Source of the DNA: an uncultured Planctomycetales bacterium
GTDB taxonomy: Bacteria > Omnitrophota > Gorgyraeia > Zapsychrales > JBDRMG01
Assembly: GCA_964478715.1 (NCBI GenBank)
Contig: CAYZIY010000003.1
Span: 6,669-70,668 of the forward strand
Direction of reading: 5' to 3'
Length of the DNA: 64,000 nucleotides
In this document: piece by piece, positions 29,050-39,305 of the stretch
How positions within the stretch are numbered: position 1 is the stretch's first letter
Layout of the letters: every line of letters starts with the position of its first letter
The notes under the pieces: model-generated
Database searches by the model: none
Told to the model about the DNA's origin: nothing
Seen by the model: only the letters and a program-made list of their open reading frames with translations
Made by a program: the position numbers and the translations under genes

Positions 29050-31101
29050 ATGATGAAAAATTCCAATAATCAGAAACAGAAGTTATCTTTGATTAATTCT
29101 TTCGGTTTTCTTTGCCAGGATCGCATGGTGGTTTTTCTCTCGATTAGTTTTCTCGGGCTTCTTGTTTACTTAAGGAGCTTTTTCGTCGATTTTACTTTTG
29201 ATGATTATGGCGTTATTGTTAATAATCCTTTAATCAAAAATTTTGATTTAGAAATATTTTGGCAACATTATAAAACACGATTCTTAACCAATTTGAGTTT
29301 TGTTCTGAATTATCAAATTCACGGTCTCGATATTTTTGGATGGCATCTTTTGAATCTCATCATTCATATGGGGAATTCCTTTTGGGCCTATCTTTTGACC
29401 AATCAATTGTTAACAGTATCGGGCAAGGGGCAAAAAGGGTGTGATTGCCGGCCAAGCATCATTGCTTTCTTTGTGAGCCTGATTTTTCTACTGCATCCGA
29501 TTCAAACCCAGGCGGTGACCTATATTGTTCAGCGGGCAACACTTTTGGCCACGTTTTTTTATCTCTCAGCTGTTTATTGTTTTGTGCGTTCTTTTACGGA
29601 GAATAAATATTTATATCTTTTTATTGCTCTTTTTTGCGCACTTTTGGGTATGTTCACAAAACCTATTATCATCACACTTCCCGTTATTTTGGTTCTTTTA
29701 ACGTTTCTTTTTCCGAAAATGATCAAAGCACAAATTGCCGGAAAACGAATGATTATTTTAATCGGTTGCTTTCTACCCGTTCTTATCATTCCTCTGGGTC
29801 TTTATGGCCTTGAACGTTTAAGACATGAGATTGCCCAAGGAATGCAGGTGAGCTCTCCTTTAACCTATGCTTTAACGCAGCTTAATGTCTTATTGACTTA
29901 TCTGAGGCTTTTAATATTTCCCGTTGAACAGAATCTCGACTATGACTATCCTTTGGCGCGAAACCTTTTTGAATTTCCAACGCTTATTTCATTTGTGATA
30001 TTTTTGACCATTATTGTTTGCACGCTATTTCTGCTCAAAAGAAAAAAGCTGTTTTCTTTTGGCATTCTATGGTTTTTGATTACATTGGCTCCTCAGTCGA
30101 GTTTTTTTCCCTTAAGGGACGCTATTTTCGAGCATAGATTATACTTAAGCTCTTTTGGATTTGCTCTTTCTGCGGTCTTGATATTATTAAATTTTTTGGG
30201 TTGGAGAAAAATGACAGTTGTTATGATTGCCGTCAGTTGCCTTTTAGCTGTTCTCACTTTTCAGCGCAATGCTGTCTGGAGTGATCCGCTCTTTTTTTTA
30301 AAGGATGTCGTTAGAAAATCACCTCAGAAAGCTCGGCCTCATCATAATTTGGGATTCTTTTACGCCCAGAGAGGCAATCTTCAGGAGGCGCAAAGAGAAT
30401 TTCAAAGAGCTCTTGAGCTTGATCCGGGCAATGTCCGCTTGGCTTATAATCTGGGGATGATTTATCTAAGAGAAAATCAACTAGAAAAAGCAGAAAATTT
30501 ATTTCGCCGTTTGATTCAAGATGTTCCTGAATATCCGGATCCTTATACCGGTTTAGCGCTGACATTGAAAAGACAAGATCAATTAAAAGAAGCCATCAAA
30601 TATTTTCAGGAAGCGATTATGCGTGATCCGTTTCAAACGGCCGCTTTGATGGGTATGGGAAATATTTCTCAAGAGAATCGTGATTTTGAAAAAGCGGAAG
30701 AATATTTTAAAGAAGTTATTCAGCTGAAACCAGAAGACGCCCTGAGTTATTATAATCTGGGGAATCTTTACTATCAGAAAAAGCAGTGGTCTGAAGCCGA
30801 GGAGTTATATCTTCAAGCCCTCAAGCGTGATCCAGGTCTGGCCAGAGCATTGAATAATTTAGGACTCATTTATTTTTCTCAACATAAAAATATTAACAAG
30901 GCTAGCTATTATTTCCGACAGGCTGTCTATGCTAATCCCCTTTTAGCTGATGCTTATTTCAATTTCGCTAATTCATTGTATGCTTTAGGGCGTCCAGAAG
31001 AAGCTCATCGAATGGCCGCAACGGCAGTTAGGCTTTATCGTCAGCAAAACAAAATAAAAAGGGCAGAGACTATTGAGAAAATCTTGTCGCGGGATGGATA
31101 A
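29050..31101 (+). CDS. TMTC-like GT-C membrane glycosyltransferase with C-terminal TPRs
   Basis: FTFDD, HPIQTQAVTYIVQR, QNLDYD, FEHRLYL, RNAVW, then multiple TPRs. Confidence 0.82.
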   Translation: MMKNSNNQKQKLSLINSFGFLCQDRMVVFLSISFLGLLVYLRSFFVDFTFDDYGVIVNNPLIKNFDLEIFWQHYKTRFLTNLSFVLNYQIHGLDIFGWHLLNLIIHMGNSFWAYLLTNQLLTVSGKGQKGCDCRPSIIAFFVSLIFLLHPIQTQAVTYIVQRATLLATFFYLSAVYCFVRSFTENKYLYLFIALFCALLGMFTKPIIITLPVILVLLTFLFPKMIKAQIAGKRMIILIGCFLPVLIIPLGLYGLERLRHEIAQGMQVSSPLTYALTQLNVLLTYLRLLIFPVEQNLDYDYPLARNLFEFPTLISFVIFLTIIVCTLFLLKRKKLFSFGILWFLITLAPQSSFFPLRDAIFEHRLYLSSFGFALSAVLILLNFLGWRKMTVVMIAVSCLLAVLTFQRNAVWSDPLFFLKDVVRKSPQKARPHHNLGFFYAQRGNLQEAQREFQRALELDPGNVRLAYNLGMIYLRENQLEKAENLFRRLIQDVPEYPDPYTGLALTLKRQDQLKEAIKYFQEAIMRDPFQTAALMGMGNISQENRDFEKAEEYFKEVIQLKPEDALSYYNLGNLYYQKKQWSEAEELYLQALKRDPGLARALNNLGLIYFSQHKNINKASYYFRQAVYANPLLADAYFNFANSLYALGRPEEAHRMAATAVRLYRQQNKIKRAETIEKILSRDG

Positions 31102-31114
31102 TTTCTTATGTGGG

Positions 31115-31143
31115 TTGATGAGAAATCAGGATTTTGTTAGAAT
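31115..31143 (+). promoter_or_regulatory. Putative sigma70 promoter of greA
   Basis: TTGATG-17nt-TAGAAT with extended TG. Confidence 0.5.
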
Positions 31144-31171
31144 GAAACAAAAATGAAAAAAAGGAGTCGAT

Positions 31172-31645
31172 ATGTCCGGAGATATTTATCTTTCCAAACA
31201 AGGTTTCCAGAAGCTGAACGAAGATCTTCAAAGATTGAAGACCAAAGAGCGGCAGAAGATCGCCAGAGCGCTTGAAGAAGCGCGTTTGCAGGGCGATCTG
31301 TCTGAAAACGCCGAATACGATGCCGCTAAAGAGGCCCAGGCTCATAATGAAGCCAGGATCGCAGGTCTCGAATCAAAAATCAGCAGGGCCAAGATTATTG
31401 ATAATGAAAACATCCCAAGGGATGCCGCTTATATTGGGGCTTTGGTTACTTTACTTGATCTTGAAACGGATGAAGAAATTCGTTACAGTTTGGTCTCCCA
31501 GGAGGAAGCCGATTTTGATCAGGGAAAAATTTCGATCACATCTCCTGTCGGCAAAGCGCTTTTGGGAAAGAAGCTTAATGAAGAAGTCTCCATCCAGGTT
31601 CCGGCCGGAGAGCTGAAATATAAAATCATCAAGATTGAGAGGTAG
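31172..31645 (+). CDS. greA: Transcription elongation factor GreA
   Basis: GDLSENAEYDAAKE, ISITSPVGKALLGK. Confidence 0.97.
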   Translation: MSGDIYLSKQGFQKLNEDLQRLKTKERQKIARALEEARLQGDLSENAEYDAAKEAQAHNEARIAGLESKISRAKIIDNENIPRDAAYIGALVTLLDLETDEEIRYSLVSQEEADFDQGKISITSPVGKALLGKKLNEEVSIQVPAGELKYKIIKIER

Positions 31646-31658
31646 CTGGGCTCTGCTC

Positions 31659-32993
31659 TTAGATTTTTTTTGCCAAAAAAGAGCTACTTATCCACCAGAG
31701 GACCAAGGGCAGGGCAGCGACCATGATGCGTTTCAGGGATGTTGCAAGCCACCAAAGAATATTCCAATGGGTATTAATAAAGTAAAATAGAAAAATACTC
31801 AATCCATAAAATACAAGAAAACCTGGAATTAAAAGAAGATAGTTTTTCAAGCTTCGCTTTGCGGAGATCAAAAAACCCACCGCGCAAAGAATCCAGATTC
31901 CCATCCAATTGTCATTGGTCAATTCGAAACCCACAAATGACAAAATTACTTTCAGCCGATAGAGACTGATAGGGCGGGTCTCTGAGAGCAGGCCATTTAC
32001 AAACAATTGATCACCGGGGGAATACAATAAATAAAAAATGATTGTCGGTAAGGAAGCTAGTAGAAAAGTTCCTGCAAAAATTAAGATGTTATCTATTCTC
32101 TCTTTGCGCAAGAGTTGGACAGCGAGAAAGGAAACGATAATAAAAGCAGCAATGGTTCCTTCGGATTTTGTAAAACTTAAAAGACCCAAAAAGAAAGAAG
32201 ATAAAATGAGGGATTTTTGTTGTTCGGTCACAAAGAAATGCCGGACGCAAAAGAGACTGGCCAGTAAGAAGTAGGCGATGAGAATATCCGCGTATTGAAT
32301 GGTTGCCCAGGTTAAGAAAACCGGCAGAGTGGCCAGGAAAAGGGCAGGCAAGACACTGATCAAACGCCGGCAGGATCGACGGATGCAAATCCATAAAAGA
32401 GAGCAGGTCAGAAAACTGTAAGCAACGGACGTCCACATCGGGCCGCGGAAAAGCGGTTCTCTTTGGAATATCCACGCCCACACATTTATCAAAGGTAAAA
32501 GAAGCGGATAATGAGGACGGGAATCAAGAAGGTGCGGACCGAACAGGTTGGTCCAGTAAGGGCCGGCGCGCAGGAGAAATCTCGCCTTGAAATTCCAAAC
32601 GACCCACGCATCCCAACCGCCGTAAAGATAAACACGCGCTGAAATATAAATCGGTATAAGACAAACCCCTAGCAAGGATATCGAAATGAGATCATTACGG
32701 GAGATCTGTTTTTCAGTTTTCTCAGTGATGTTTTCTGCTTTTGCCTGAATCCATCTGATGATAGAAAAGGTTATAAGCAAAATTACGTGAAGAGAAACCA
32801 GAGCTACAAAATTTATTTGATTAAAGAAAACCAGGTGAAGAAAATTGAGCCATCCGCTAATGCCAAGCCCTAGACCCATTCCTAAAAAGAGGCGTTCAAG
32901 AAAATCAAAGGGTTGCTCTTTTTCATTCAAGCAGCTGAGTACTAAAAAACCGAGCGCAAAAGAGATCACATAGGGGATTGCCAGCATCATCAT
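31659..32993 (-). CDS. Polytopic membrane protein, GT-C (ArnT/PMT-like) glycosyltransferase candidate
   Basis: Many hydrophobic segments; GWDAWVVWNFKAR, HYPLLLP, YADIL, TKSEG. Confidence 0.6.
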   Translation of the reverse strand: MMMLAIPYVISFALGFLVLSCLNEKEQPFDFLERLFLGMGLGLGISGWLNFLHLVFFNQINFVALVSLHVILLITFSIIRWIQAKAENITEKTEKQISRNDLISISLLGVCLIPIYISARVYLYGGWDAWVVWNFKARFLLRAGPYWTNLFGPHLLDSRPHYPLLLPLINVWAWIFQREPLFRGPMWTSVAYSFLTCSLLWICIRRSCRRLISVLPALFLATLPVFLTWATIQYADILIAYFLLASLFCVRHFFVTEQQKSLILSSFFLGLLSFTKSEGTIAAFIIVSFLAVQLLRKERIDNILIFAGTFLLASLPTIIFYLLYSPGDQLFVNGLLSETRPISLYRLKVILSFVGFELTNDNWMGIWILCAVGFLISAKRSLKNYLLLIPGFLVFYGLSIFLFYFINTHWNILWWLATSLKRIMVAALPLVLWWISSSFLAKKI

Positions 32994-33451
32994 TATTTTT
33001 TTGCCAGAATAATTCCAAAGTTATTTATTTTGATGGCCCGAGCGTCGATTTCCTCAAGTTTTTCTTGAGCTTTCTGGTTAGATGAGAAATCCAAAAACAT
33101 ATATTCGTATTCGGTGGCTTCTTTAACCAGAACCGCCGGAGCCAGGGCGAATTGAGCCCGCAGAAAACGCTTCAGATATTTGGGCTTATTTAAATCATAA
33201 TCGGAAAGATATCCTATGTATTGTTGATCTTTGAGCTCTGTATCGAGCCCCGCGAAGCGAAGGCCCGGGAAATAAACCAGGTGCGGTTTATAGAGTTTGT
33301 GCCAGTCATTCTGTATGCGGGAGATAAAGTCAAGGAGATTAAGGAGGATTAAGACAATAAAGAGGGCAGTAAAGATTTTCCTTTGGTTTCCGATTTGTTT
33401 AAGCCAATTTAAAAAGGTGAAGAATTGCGACGTTATCTGCTTTCTGTTCAT
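32993..33451 (-). CDS. Hypothetical single-TM membrane protein
   Basis: One TM, then RAQFALAPAVL; stop overlaps start of the GT-C gene; ATG 33451 preferred to track start 33574. Confidence 0.65.
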   Translation of the reverse strand: MNRKQITSQFFTFLNWLKQIGNQRKIFTALFIVLILLNLLDFISRIQNDWHKLYKPHLVYFPGLRFAGLDTELKDQQYIGYLSDYDLNKPKYLKRFLRAQFALAPAVLVKEATEYEYMFLDFSSNQKAQEKLEEIDARAIKINNFGIILAKK

Positions 33452-33502
33452 TCTTATTATTTTAGCACAAAGTGCGCTGAAAATGTAATTGTGAAATATC
33501 TC

Positions 33503-33531
33503 TTTAAAGCAGAGTCCATCATGGTTATAAT
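33503..33531 (+). promoter_or_regulatory. Putative sigma70 promoter
   Basis: TTTAAA-17nt-TATAAT. Confidence 0.5.
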
Positions 33532-33563
33532 ACTGCCAGATTAAACAATGAAAAGATCGAAAG

Positions 33564-34586
33564 ATGTGCCACATGATTAAGATAGGAATTATCGGTTGCG
33601 GTTACTGGGGCCCGAATCATGTCCGGATATTCTCGCAACTGACTCAATCTGAAGTTGTTATGTGCGCTGATTCCAGTGTTGAAAGATTACAGTGGCTAAA
33701 AGGGCTCTATTCTCAGGTTCAAACAACGGAATATTATCAGGATATACTCAGCAATCCAGAAATCGAAGCGGTTGTTATCGCCACGCCTACCGAAACCCAT
33801 TATCAGATTTCGAAAGAAGCCCTTGAAGCCAATAAACATGTTCTTTGTGAAAAGCCTTTAAGTCTTCGCAGTCAGGAATGCCTTGATCTCGAGAAACTCG
33901 CCAAAAAAAATGAAAAAATTCTAATGGTCGGGCATATCTTTATTTTTCACCAGGGGATTCTTAAACTGAAGGAATATATCTCCCAAGGGGTGATTGGTCG
34001 CGTTCTTTATGCTCATTCCCAAAGAACCAATCTGGGACCGTTTCGCTACGATGTCAATGCTTTGTGGGATTTAGCCCCTCATGATGTGTCGATCTTCAAT
34101 TATTTGTTGGATGCGGCGCCTGTGCGCGCGTCGGCTTGCGGTCAAGAATATTTAGGCACGTCCCATGAAGATCTGGCTTTTGCCACTTTAGAGTATCCCG
34201 ATAATGTGTTAGTTAATATACACGTGAGCTGGTTGGATCCCCGGAAAGTTAGACGTCTGACTATTGTTGGAGATCAAAAAATGATGACCTGGGATGATCT
34301 TGATAATCTGGGTCCTATTAAGCTTTATGATAAGCATGTGCAGCGCACTAAAACATTTTATCAGACTTACGGAGAATTTCAGCTGCTCTCCAAAGAGGGC
34401 AGTATTACGATCCCTAATGTCAAAAATACCGAACCTTTAAAGACCCAGGCGATTTATTTTCTTGATTGCATTAATAATGGGCGGCAACCGGTACTTACCG
34501 ATGCGCAAAAAGCGCTGAGAGTCGTTAAGGCATTATCTGCCATTCAAAAATCGATACAACAAAAAGGGCAATCTGTAGATGTTTAA
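33564..34586 (+). CDS. Gfo/Idh/MocA oxidoreductase (nucleotide-sugar dehydrogenase-like)
   Basis: IGCGYWGPN, HVLCEKP, WDLAPHD, SWLDPRK. Confidence 0.9.
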   Translation: MCHMIKIGIIGCGYWGPNHVRIFSQLTQSEVVMCADSSVERLQWLKGLYSQVQTTEYYQDILSNPEIEAVVIATPTETHYQISKEALEANKHVLCEKPLSLRSQECLDLEKLAKKNEKILMVGHIFIFHQGILKLKEYISQGVIGRVLYAHSQRTNLGPFRYDVNALWDLAPHDVSIFNYLLDAAPVRASACGQEYLGTSHEDLAFATLEYPDNVLVNIHVSWLDPRKVRRLTIVGDQKMMTWDDLDNLGPIKLYDKHVQRTKTFYQTYGEFQLLSKEGSITIPNVKNTEPLKTQAIYFLDCINNGRQPVLTDAQKALRVVKALSAIQKSIQQKGQSVDV

Positions 34587-35159
34587 ATGGAGAAATCGAT
34601 GTCTGAGAAAGATTTTTGGCACCCTGTAGCGGTGATCGAACAAAATGCAAAAATCGGTTTCGGAACCAGGATATGGGCTTTTTCCAATATCAAAAGCGGT
34701 GCTTTTATTGGTAGCCATTGCAATATCTGTGATCATTGCTATGTCGAGGGGGGTGCTGTGATCGGTGATCGGGTAACGATCAAAAACGGAGTCAGCGTTT
34801 TTAAAGGCATCACCATAGAAGATGATGTTTTTTGCGGGACAAACGTTGTCTTTATCAACGATCGTAATCCTAGGAGCCGTAAAAAAGACTGGGTGCTGGA
34901 AAAGACAGTGGTGAAGAAGGGTGCCGCTATCGGAAGTAATGCGACGGTCCTTTGCGGTGTTACAATAGGTGAATATGCTCTCATTGGAGCCGGAAGCGTG
35001 GTGACAAGGGATGTCGCGGCGTATTCCGTTGTCGCAGGAAATCCGGCGCGTTTTAAAGGATTTGCCTGTGTCTGCGGTAAAACACTAAATGATACATTGA
35101 TCTGTTCCTGCGGCAGGATCTATAAGAAAAATGGACGAAATCTTACGCTTCAGAAGTAA
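34587..35159 (+). CDS. Hexapeptide N-acyltransferase (WbpD/FdtC-like)
   Basis: Left-handed beta-helix repeats, IGAGSVVTRDV, GNPAR, C-terminal CxC...CxC. Confidence 0.88.
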   Translation: MEKSMSEKDFWHPVAVIEQNAKIGFGTRIWAFSNIKSGAFIGSHCNICDHCYVEGGAVIGDRVTIKNGVSVFKGITIEDDVFCGTNVVFINDRNPRSRKKDWVLEKTVVKKGAAIGSNATVLCGVTIGEYALIGAGSVVTRDVAAYSVVAGNPARFKGFACVCGKTLNDTLICSCGRIYKKNGRNLTLQK

Positions 35160-35886
35160 AATTCTTATCTCACCCGTTGCTTTTAATGAATATATCAAAT
35201 TAAAAAATGTTATTAGCAGATTTTTACAATCTCCTTTTTATGGGCAAGTAGATTATCTGGTCGTCGATGACGGTTCTACAGATGAAACGCCGCAGATGAT
35301 TTGTTCTTTTGCCGATAGAGGCGTCAAGACTTTACGTCACGAAAAGCAGAGGGGCGTGGGAGCGGCCATTCGCAGCGTCATTGATTATGCTCGCGCTCAT
35401 AGTTATGACATTTTGGTAATTATGGCTGGGAATGATAAAGATAATCCCGATGAAATTGGCGATTTGATTGATCCTATCGAACAAGAGGGATTTGATCTGG
35501 TGCAGGGATCACGATATATCAAAGGAAACCGGGGAATCGGTGGTGATATGCCTTTTTATCGCAAGATAGCTACCCGCTTGCATCCGTTATTATTCTCTCT
35601 TTTTGTAGGCAAGAAAGTGACAGATTCGACTAATGGATTTCGGGCCATGCGCTTATCGCTTTTTGATGATGAGAGGATCAATATCAATCAGTCGTGGCTG
35701 GATCATTATGAACTGGAACCTTATATTCTTTTTAAAGCCATTTGTTTGGGATACCGGTATACCGAAGTTCCTGTTACTAAGATTTATCCGCCCAAGAAGC
35801 TCGGCGTGACCAAGATGCGACCGATTACCGGATGGTGGAGTATTCTCAAGCCTATTTTTTATCTGGGATTGGGAATTCGGAAATAA
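35131..35886 (+). CDS. GT2 glycosyltransferase (polyprenol/dolichol-phosphate sugar synthase-like)
   Basis: PVAFNE, VVDDGSTD, GVGAA, DLVQGSRY, DSTNGFRA, EVPV. Confidence 0.85.
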   Translation: MDEILRFRSKILISPVAFNEYIKLKNVISRFLQSPFYGQVDYLVVDDGSTDETPQMICSFADRGVKTLRHEKQRGVGAAIRSVIDYARAHSYDILVIMAGNDKDNPDEIGDLIDPIEQEGFDLVQGSRYIKGNRGIGGDMPFYRKIATRLHPLLFSLFVGKKVTDSTNGFRAMRLSLFDDERININQSWLDHYELEPYILFKAICLGYRYTEVPVTKIYPPKKLGVTKMRPITGWWSILKPIFYLGLGIRK

Positions 35887-35889
35887 AGT

Positions 35890-36594
35890 ATGAAAAAATG
35901 TGTCCGTTGCCAAATTGATTACGAAGATGACAGCCGTGTTCGTTGCCTGTATTGTGATTCAAAATTGATGGACGGCCGGCTGGATCGGCTCTTTCGCAGT
36001 GCAACTGAAACACAGGTGATCAATAAGCTGATCGCTGAAGATCATAGGATCAATCATGAACGCGTGGAGCATCTGATCGGAAGTTATTTTCGCAGTAAAT
36101 CTTTTTCCTTTCTCTATGCGTTTAATCGTCAACAGTATAAAATGGGGAAGAGATTTAAGCGAATCTTTGTGCAACCATTAGATTTTTCTACAATTATCAG
36201 GCTACCATGGTTTGCCATCAATCTTTTGGATTCGATAGTTCTCCGATTATTTTTCAGAACCTATTGCCCTCAATGTGATTTCAAGTGCAAGAAATTTCTT
36301 GGGCAAACTTTTCACACTAAAGAAGAGTGTTCCTATAATCAGGAATATTCAAGGATACTTAATGAAATTATGACCGGAAGTATTATTCTCAATGAATCCC
36401 GATATAAAAGACAGATGTTCAAAAAATTGCAAGCAGGAGAACGTAGTGCCTATTTCGATCTATGTTCGAAAAAGAGGGATTTTGAAATCTTTATCGATAT
36501 GGTCGTGATTTTGATTTCTATCGCACTTATTATCTATGTGTTTATTCAGTTGATCATGCCGACGCTGGCTGTCGCTTTTGATTTTTATTGGTAA
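35890..36594 (+). CDS. Hypothetical protein with Cys pairs and C-terminal TM
   Basis: CVRC...CLYC, CPQCDFKC; hydrophobic C-terminus. Confidence 0.65.
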   Translation: MKKCVRCQIDYEDDSRVRCLYCDSKLMDGRLDRLFRSATETQVINKLIAEDHRINHERVEHLIGSYFRSKSFSFLYAFNRQQYKMGKRFKRIFVQPLDFSTIIRLPWFAINLLDSIVLRLFFRTYCPQCDFKCKKFLGQTFHTKEECSYNQEYSRILNEIMTGSIILNESRYKRQMFKKLQAGERSAYFDLCSKKRDFEIFIDMVVILISIALIIYVFIQLIMPTLAVAFDFYW

Positions 36595-36618
36595 AACATC
36601 AAGTAAGGAGGAAAGAAA

Positions 36619-36870
36619 ATGAGGAAAATATTGATGATCGGACTGTTGCTCGCAGTCGTCGGGTGCGCCTATACCCAGGAAGAGGTGAAAGAATTTGTGA
36701 GAGACCCGCACTATATGCAGTATCAGCAGAAATTGAATGATGTTGAACGTCTTTATCTTGATGATAAGATTTCTTATCCCGAGTACTTAAAACGCAAAGA
36801 GCAGATAGATAATCAATACACCAAAGAGGTTCAAAACAGAGAAGGGATCATTCATGGATCTACGGAATGA
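36619..36870 (+). CDS. Hypothetical lipoprotein
   Basis: AGGAGG RBS; lipobox VVGC. Confidence 0.7.
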   Translation: MRKILMIGLLLAVVGCAYTQEEVKEFVRDPHYMQYQQKLNDVERLYLDDKISYPEYLKRKEQIDNQYTKEVQNREGIIHGSTE

Positions 36871-36891
36871 TTTCTCTCGGCGATTAAAACA

Positions 36892-37617
36892 ATGAAATTA
36901 TTCGGTAAAAATCCAGTTGCGCAGCGTTTAAAAAGCAACCCACAAAGCATTAAAAAAATCTATGTTCAGGAAGGTTTTAATGAATATGCTTATGTGGCCA
37001 AGAAGGCGCGTAAGTGGTCTTTGCCGCTTTATACGGTGACTCGCTCCAAAATGGCGAAAATCGCTCGCAGTCTCAATACTCAGGGAATTCTAGCCGAAGT
37101 GGAAAGTTTCTCTTATGTTCCTTATGAAGATTTGTTCCCAGGGGTTGTAAAGAAGAAAGAGACTCTAGTGTTTTTAGATAATCTGAATGATCCTCAGAAT
37201 TTCGGAGCGATTATTCGCAGCCTGGCCTGTTTGGGCGGATTTGTTCTTGTCATTCCCCGTCATCATTCGGTTGAAGTGACCGAAGCCGTTTTGCGGATTG
37301 CATCCGGCGGTGAGAGTTTTGTTCCCGTTACAAAAGTTTCTAATTTAAACCAGGCTGTTGGCTTGGCGAGAGAAGCCGGCTATTGGATTGCCGGAACTGT
37401 TGTTGAGGGCGGAGAGGATTTGACCGAGAAGGAGCTTGTTTTTCCTCTTGCGCTGGTTATTGGGTCCGAACACAAAGGAATTCGGCCAGTTTTAAAAAAG
37501 TCGTGCGATGTACTTTTATCTTTGCCCATTAAAGAGCCGCGTTTGTCTTTGAATGTCGCTTCGGCTACAACGATCTTTTGCTATGAAATTAGTAAACAAA
37601 AGAAAAAAAATATCTAA
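36892..37617 (+). CDS. rlmB: TrmH/SpoU RNA methyltransferase (RlmB-like)
   Basis: DPQNFGAIIRS, IGSEHKGIR, SLNVASA. Confidence 0.85.
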   Translation: MKLFGKNPVAQRLKSNPQSIKKIYVQEGFNEYAYVAKKARKWSLPLYTVTRSKMAKIARSLNTQGILAEVESFSYVPYEDLFPGVVKKKETLVFLDNLNDPQNFGAIIRSLACLGGFVLVIPRHHSVEVTEAVLRIASGGESFVPVTKVSNLNQAVGLAREAGYWIAGTVVEGGEDLTEKELVFPLALVIGSEHKGIRPVLKKSCDVLLSLPIKEPRLSLNVASATTIFCYEISKQKKKNI

Positions 37618-38203
37618 AAAAAAGGCGGTTGCCTCAGCGGCAGCAATCAATTTTTTCGCTGAATCCGGTTTACTTAAAAGGGTCAAAAGAAGCGGCTGGT
37701 GGGTGGCCGGTATCAAAGATCCGGAATCCGTGGCTGAGCATTCATTTCGAACAGCGGTGATCGGTTATTATCTGGCCCATCTGGAAAAAGCGGATCCCTA
37801 TCCTGTTATCGTCATGGCCCTCTTTAATGATATCCATGAAGCCCGCATCAATGATCTGCATAAAATGGGACATTCTTATATTGATTTCAAGCAAGCCGAA
37901 AAAAAAGTCTTTCGGGAGCAGATTCACAATCTTAAAGATTCGGTTAAAGAAGAACTTTTCGCACTAAGAAGTTGCTACGATGAACAATGCACGAAGGAAG
38001 CTCTGATTGCGCGTGATGCGGATATTCTGGAATGCCTGTTTCAGGCCAGGGAATATCTTGACAGCGGATATCTTGAAGCCAGGAGTTTCTTTAAGCGAGC
38101 ACCTTCTTATCTAAAAACAAAAAGCGCAAAAAAATTCTGGAAACAGATCAAAAACTGGAATAGTCATGATTGGTGGAAAGATATTGTTAAATTCGAGCGC
38201 TGA
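37583..38203 (+). CDS. HD-family hydrolase (YfbR/HDDC2-like)
   Basis: LKRVKRSGW, ESVAEHSFR, ND for HD at ALFNDIHEA, ARDADILE. Confidence 0.8.
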   Translation: MKLVNKRKKISKKKAVASAAAINFFAESGLLKRVKRSGWWVAGIKDPESVAEHSFRTAVIGYYLAHLEKADPYPVIVMALFNDIHEARINDLHKMGHSYIDFKQAEKKVFREQIHNLKDSVKEELFALRSCYDEQCTKEALIARDADILECLFQAREYLDSGYLEARSFFKRAPSYLKTKSAKKFWKQIKNWNSHDWWKDIVKFER

Positions 38204-38993
38204 AAGAACCATTTTCTTCCCGAGATTATTGGGGCTGTTTTGTTGTCTATCGTTGATTTATTTTATTAGCGGATGCGCCAGATTGGGAGCGTATAATCCA
38301 GCTACGGGCCGGCGGGAATTTATTGCCATTTCGACGCAGACTGAAATTGCCTTAGGAGAAGATCTTCACCTAAAAATTATCGATAAAGAACAGCTCTCTA
38401 AAAATCCGGTTAAACAAAATCGTTTAGAGCGTGTCGGCCAGCGGCTGGCGGCTGTTTCTGATCGTCAGGATTATGATTACCATTTCTATGTGATCAATCA
38501 GGAAGAAATGAATGCCTATACGATTCCGGGTGGACATATTTATGTGTATTCCGGCCTGATGAACCAGTTGGAAAAGGATGAGGAGCTTGCGGCTGTAGTC
38601 GCTCATGAAATCGGTCATTGTGCGGCCAAGCATACGGCCAAGCGTTTCCAGGCTGCTTTGGGATACAGTCTGATCAGCGCGATTGTTTTCAGTCAGGTGG
38701 ATGTGGATGATCGCACCCGAGCGACCGTTTCGATTGCATCCAATACGGCCGTTCAGCTGGCTACCCTTGCTTACTCCCGCCAGGATGAATATGAGGCCGA
38801 TCGTTTGGCCGTTAAATATATGTACTTGGCAGGCTATGATTTAGATGGTATGATAAAAACATTGGAGTTTCTCAAGCAGGAATCCAGGGGGCCGCGTGTT
38901 CCTTTAATTTTAAGAACACATCCGTATATTGAAGATCGTTTGAAGGCGGTCTATCAGGAGGTAAATTTGGCTCCTGAGAAATACAGTCTGTGA
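38166..38993 (+). CDS. M48 family metallopeptidase, probable lipoprotein
   Basis: ISGC lipobox, NAYTIPGG, HEIGH, YSRQDEYEAD, THP; start uncertain. Confidence 0.88.
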   Translation: MIGGKILLNSSAERTIFFPRLLGLFCCLSLIYFISGCARLGAYNPATGRREFIAISTQTEIALGEDLHLKIIDKEQLSKNPVKQNRLERVGQRLAAVSDRQDYDYHFYVINQEEMNAYTIPGGHIYVYSGLMNQLEKDEELAAVVAHEIGHCAAKHTAKRFQAALGYSLISAIVFSQVDVDDRTRATVSIASNTAVQLATLAYSRQDEYEADRLAVKYMYLAGYDLDGMIKTLEFLKQESRGPRVPLILRTHPYIEDRLKAVYQEVNLAPEKYSL

Positions 38994-39298
38994 GAGGTTT
39001 CTTTATGGAACGGATCGGCATTGTTGCCAGTAAAATCGCTAGGGGAAACTTATTTTTATACAATCTCTTTGTTGTCTTGCTGATTCTTCTTTTTTCTGTT
39101 CTGGTATTTCTCATTTGTGCCGCTGCTTTGCTTTTAATTTTTATCATTGTTGACTACCTTCAAAGAGTGCAAATTAGCCCCGAGCTTTATCAGGGATGGA
39201 TTCCGTTTATTATTGGATGGTTTTCGAGCTTAGGCCTGATTATTGCCGTTTTTGCTTTATTCGCTCTGCTTAAAAATATCAAATTCAAGAAGAAATAG
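38990..39298 (+). CDS. Hypothetical two-TM membrane protein
   Basis: Two hydrophobic segments; GTGA overlap with upstream gene. Confidence 0.6.
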   Translation: MRGFFMERIGIVASKIARGNLFLYNLFVVLLILLFSVLVFLICAAALLLIFIIVDYLQRVQISPELYQGWIPFIIGWFSSLGLIIAVFALFALLKNIKFKKK

Positions 39299-39305
39299 AA
39301 TTTCG

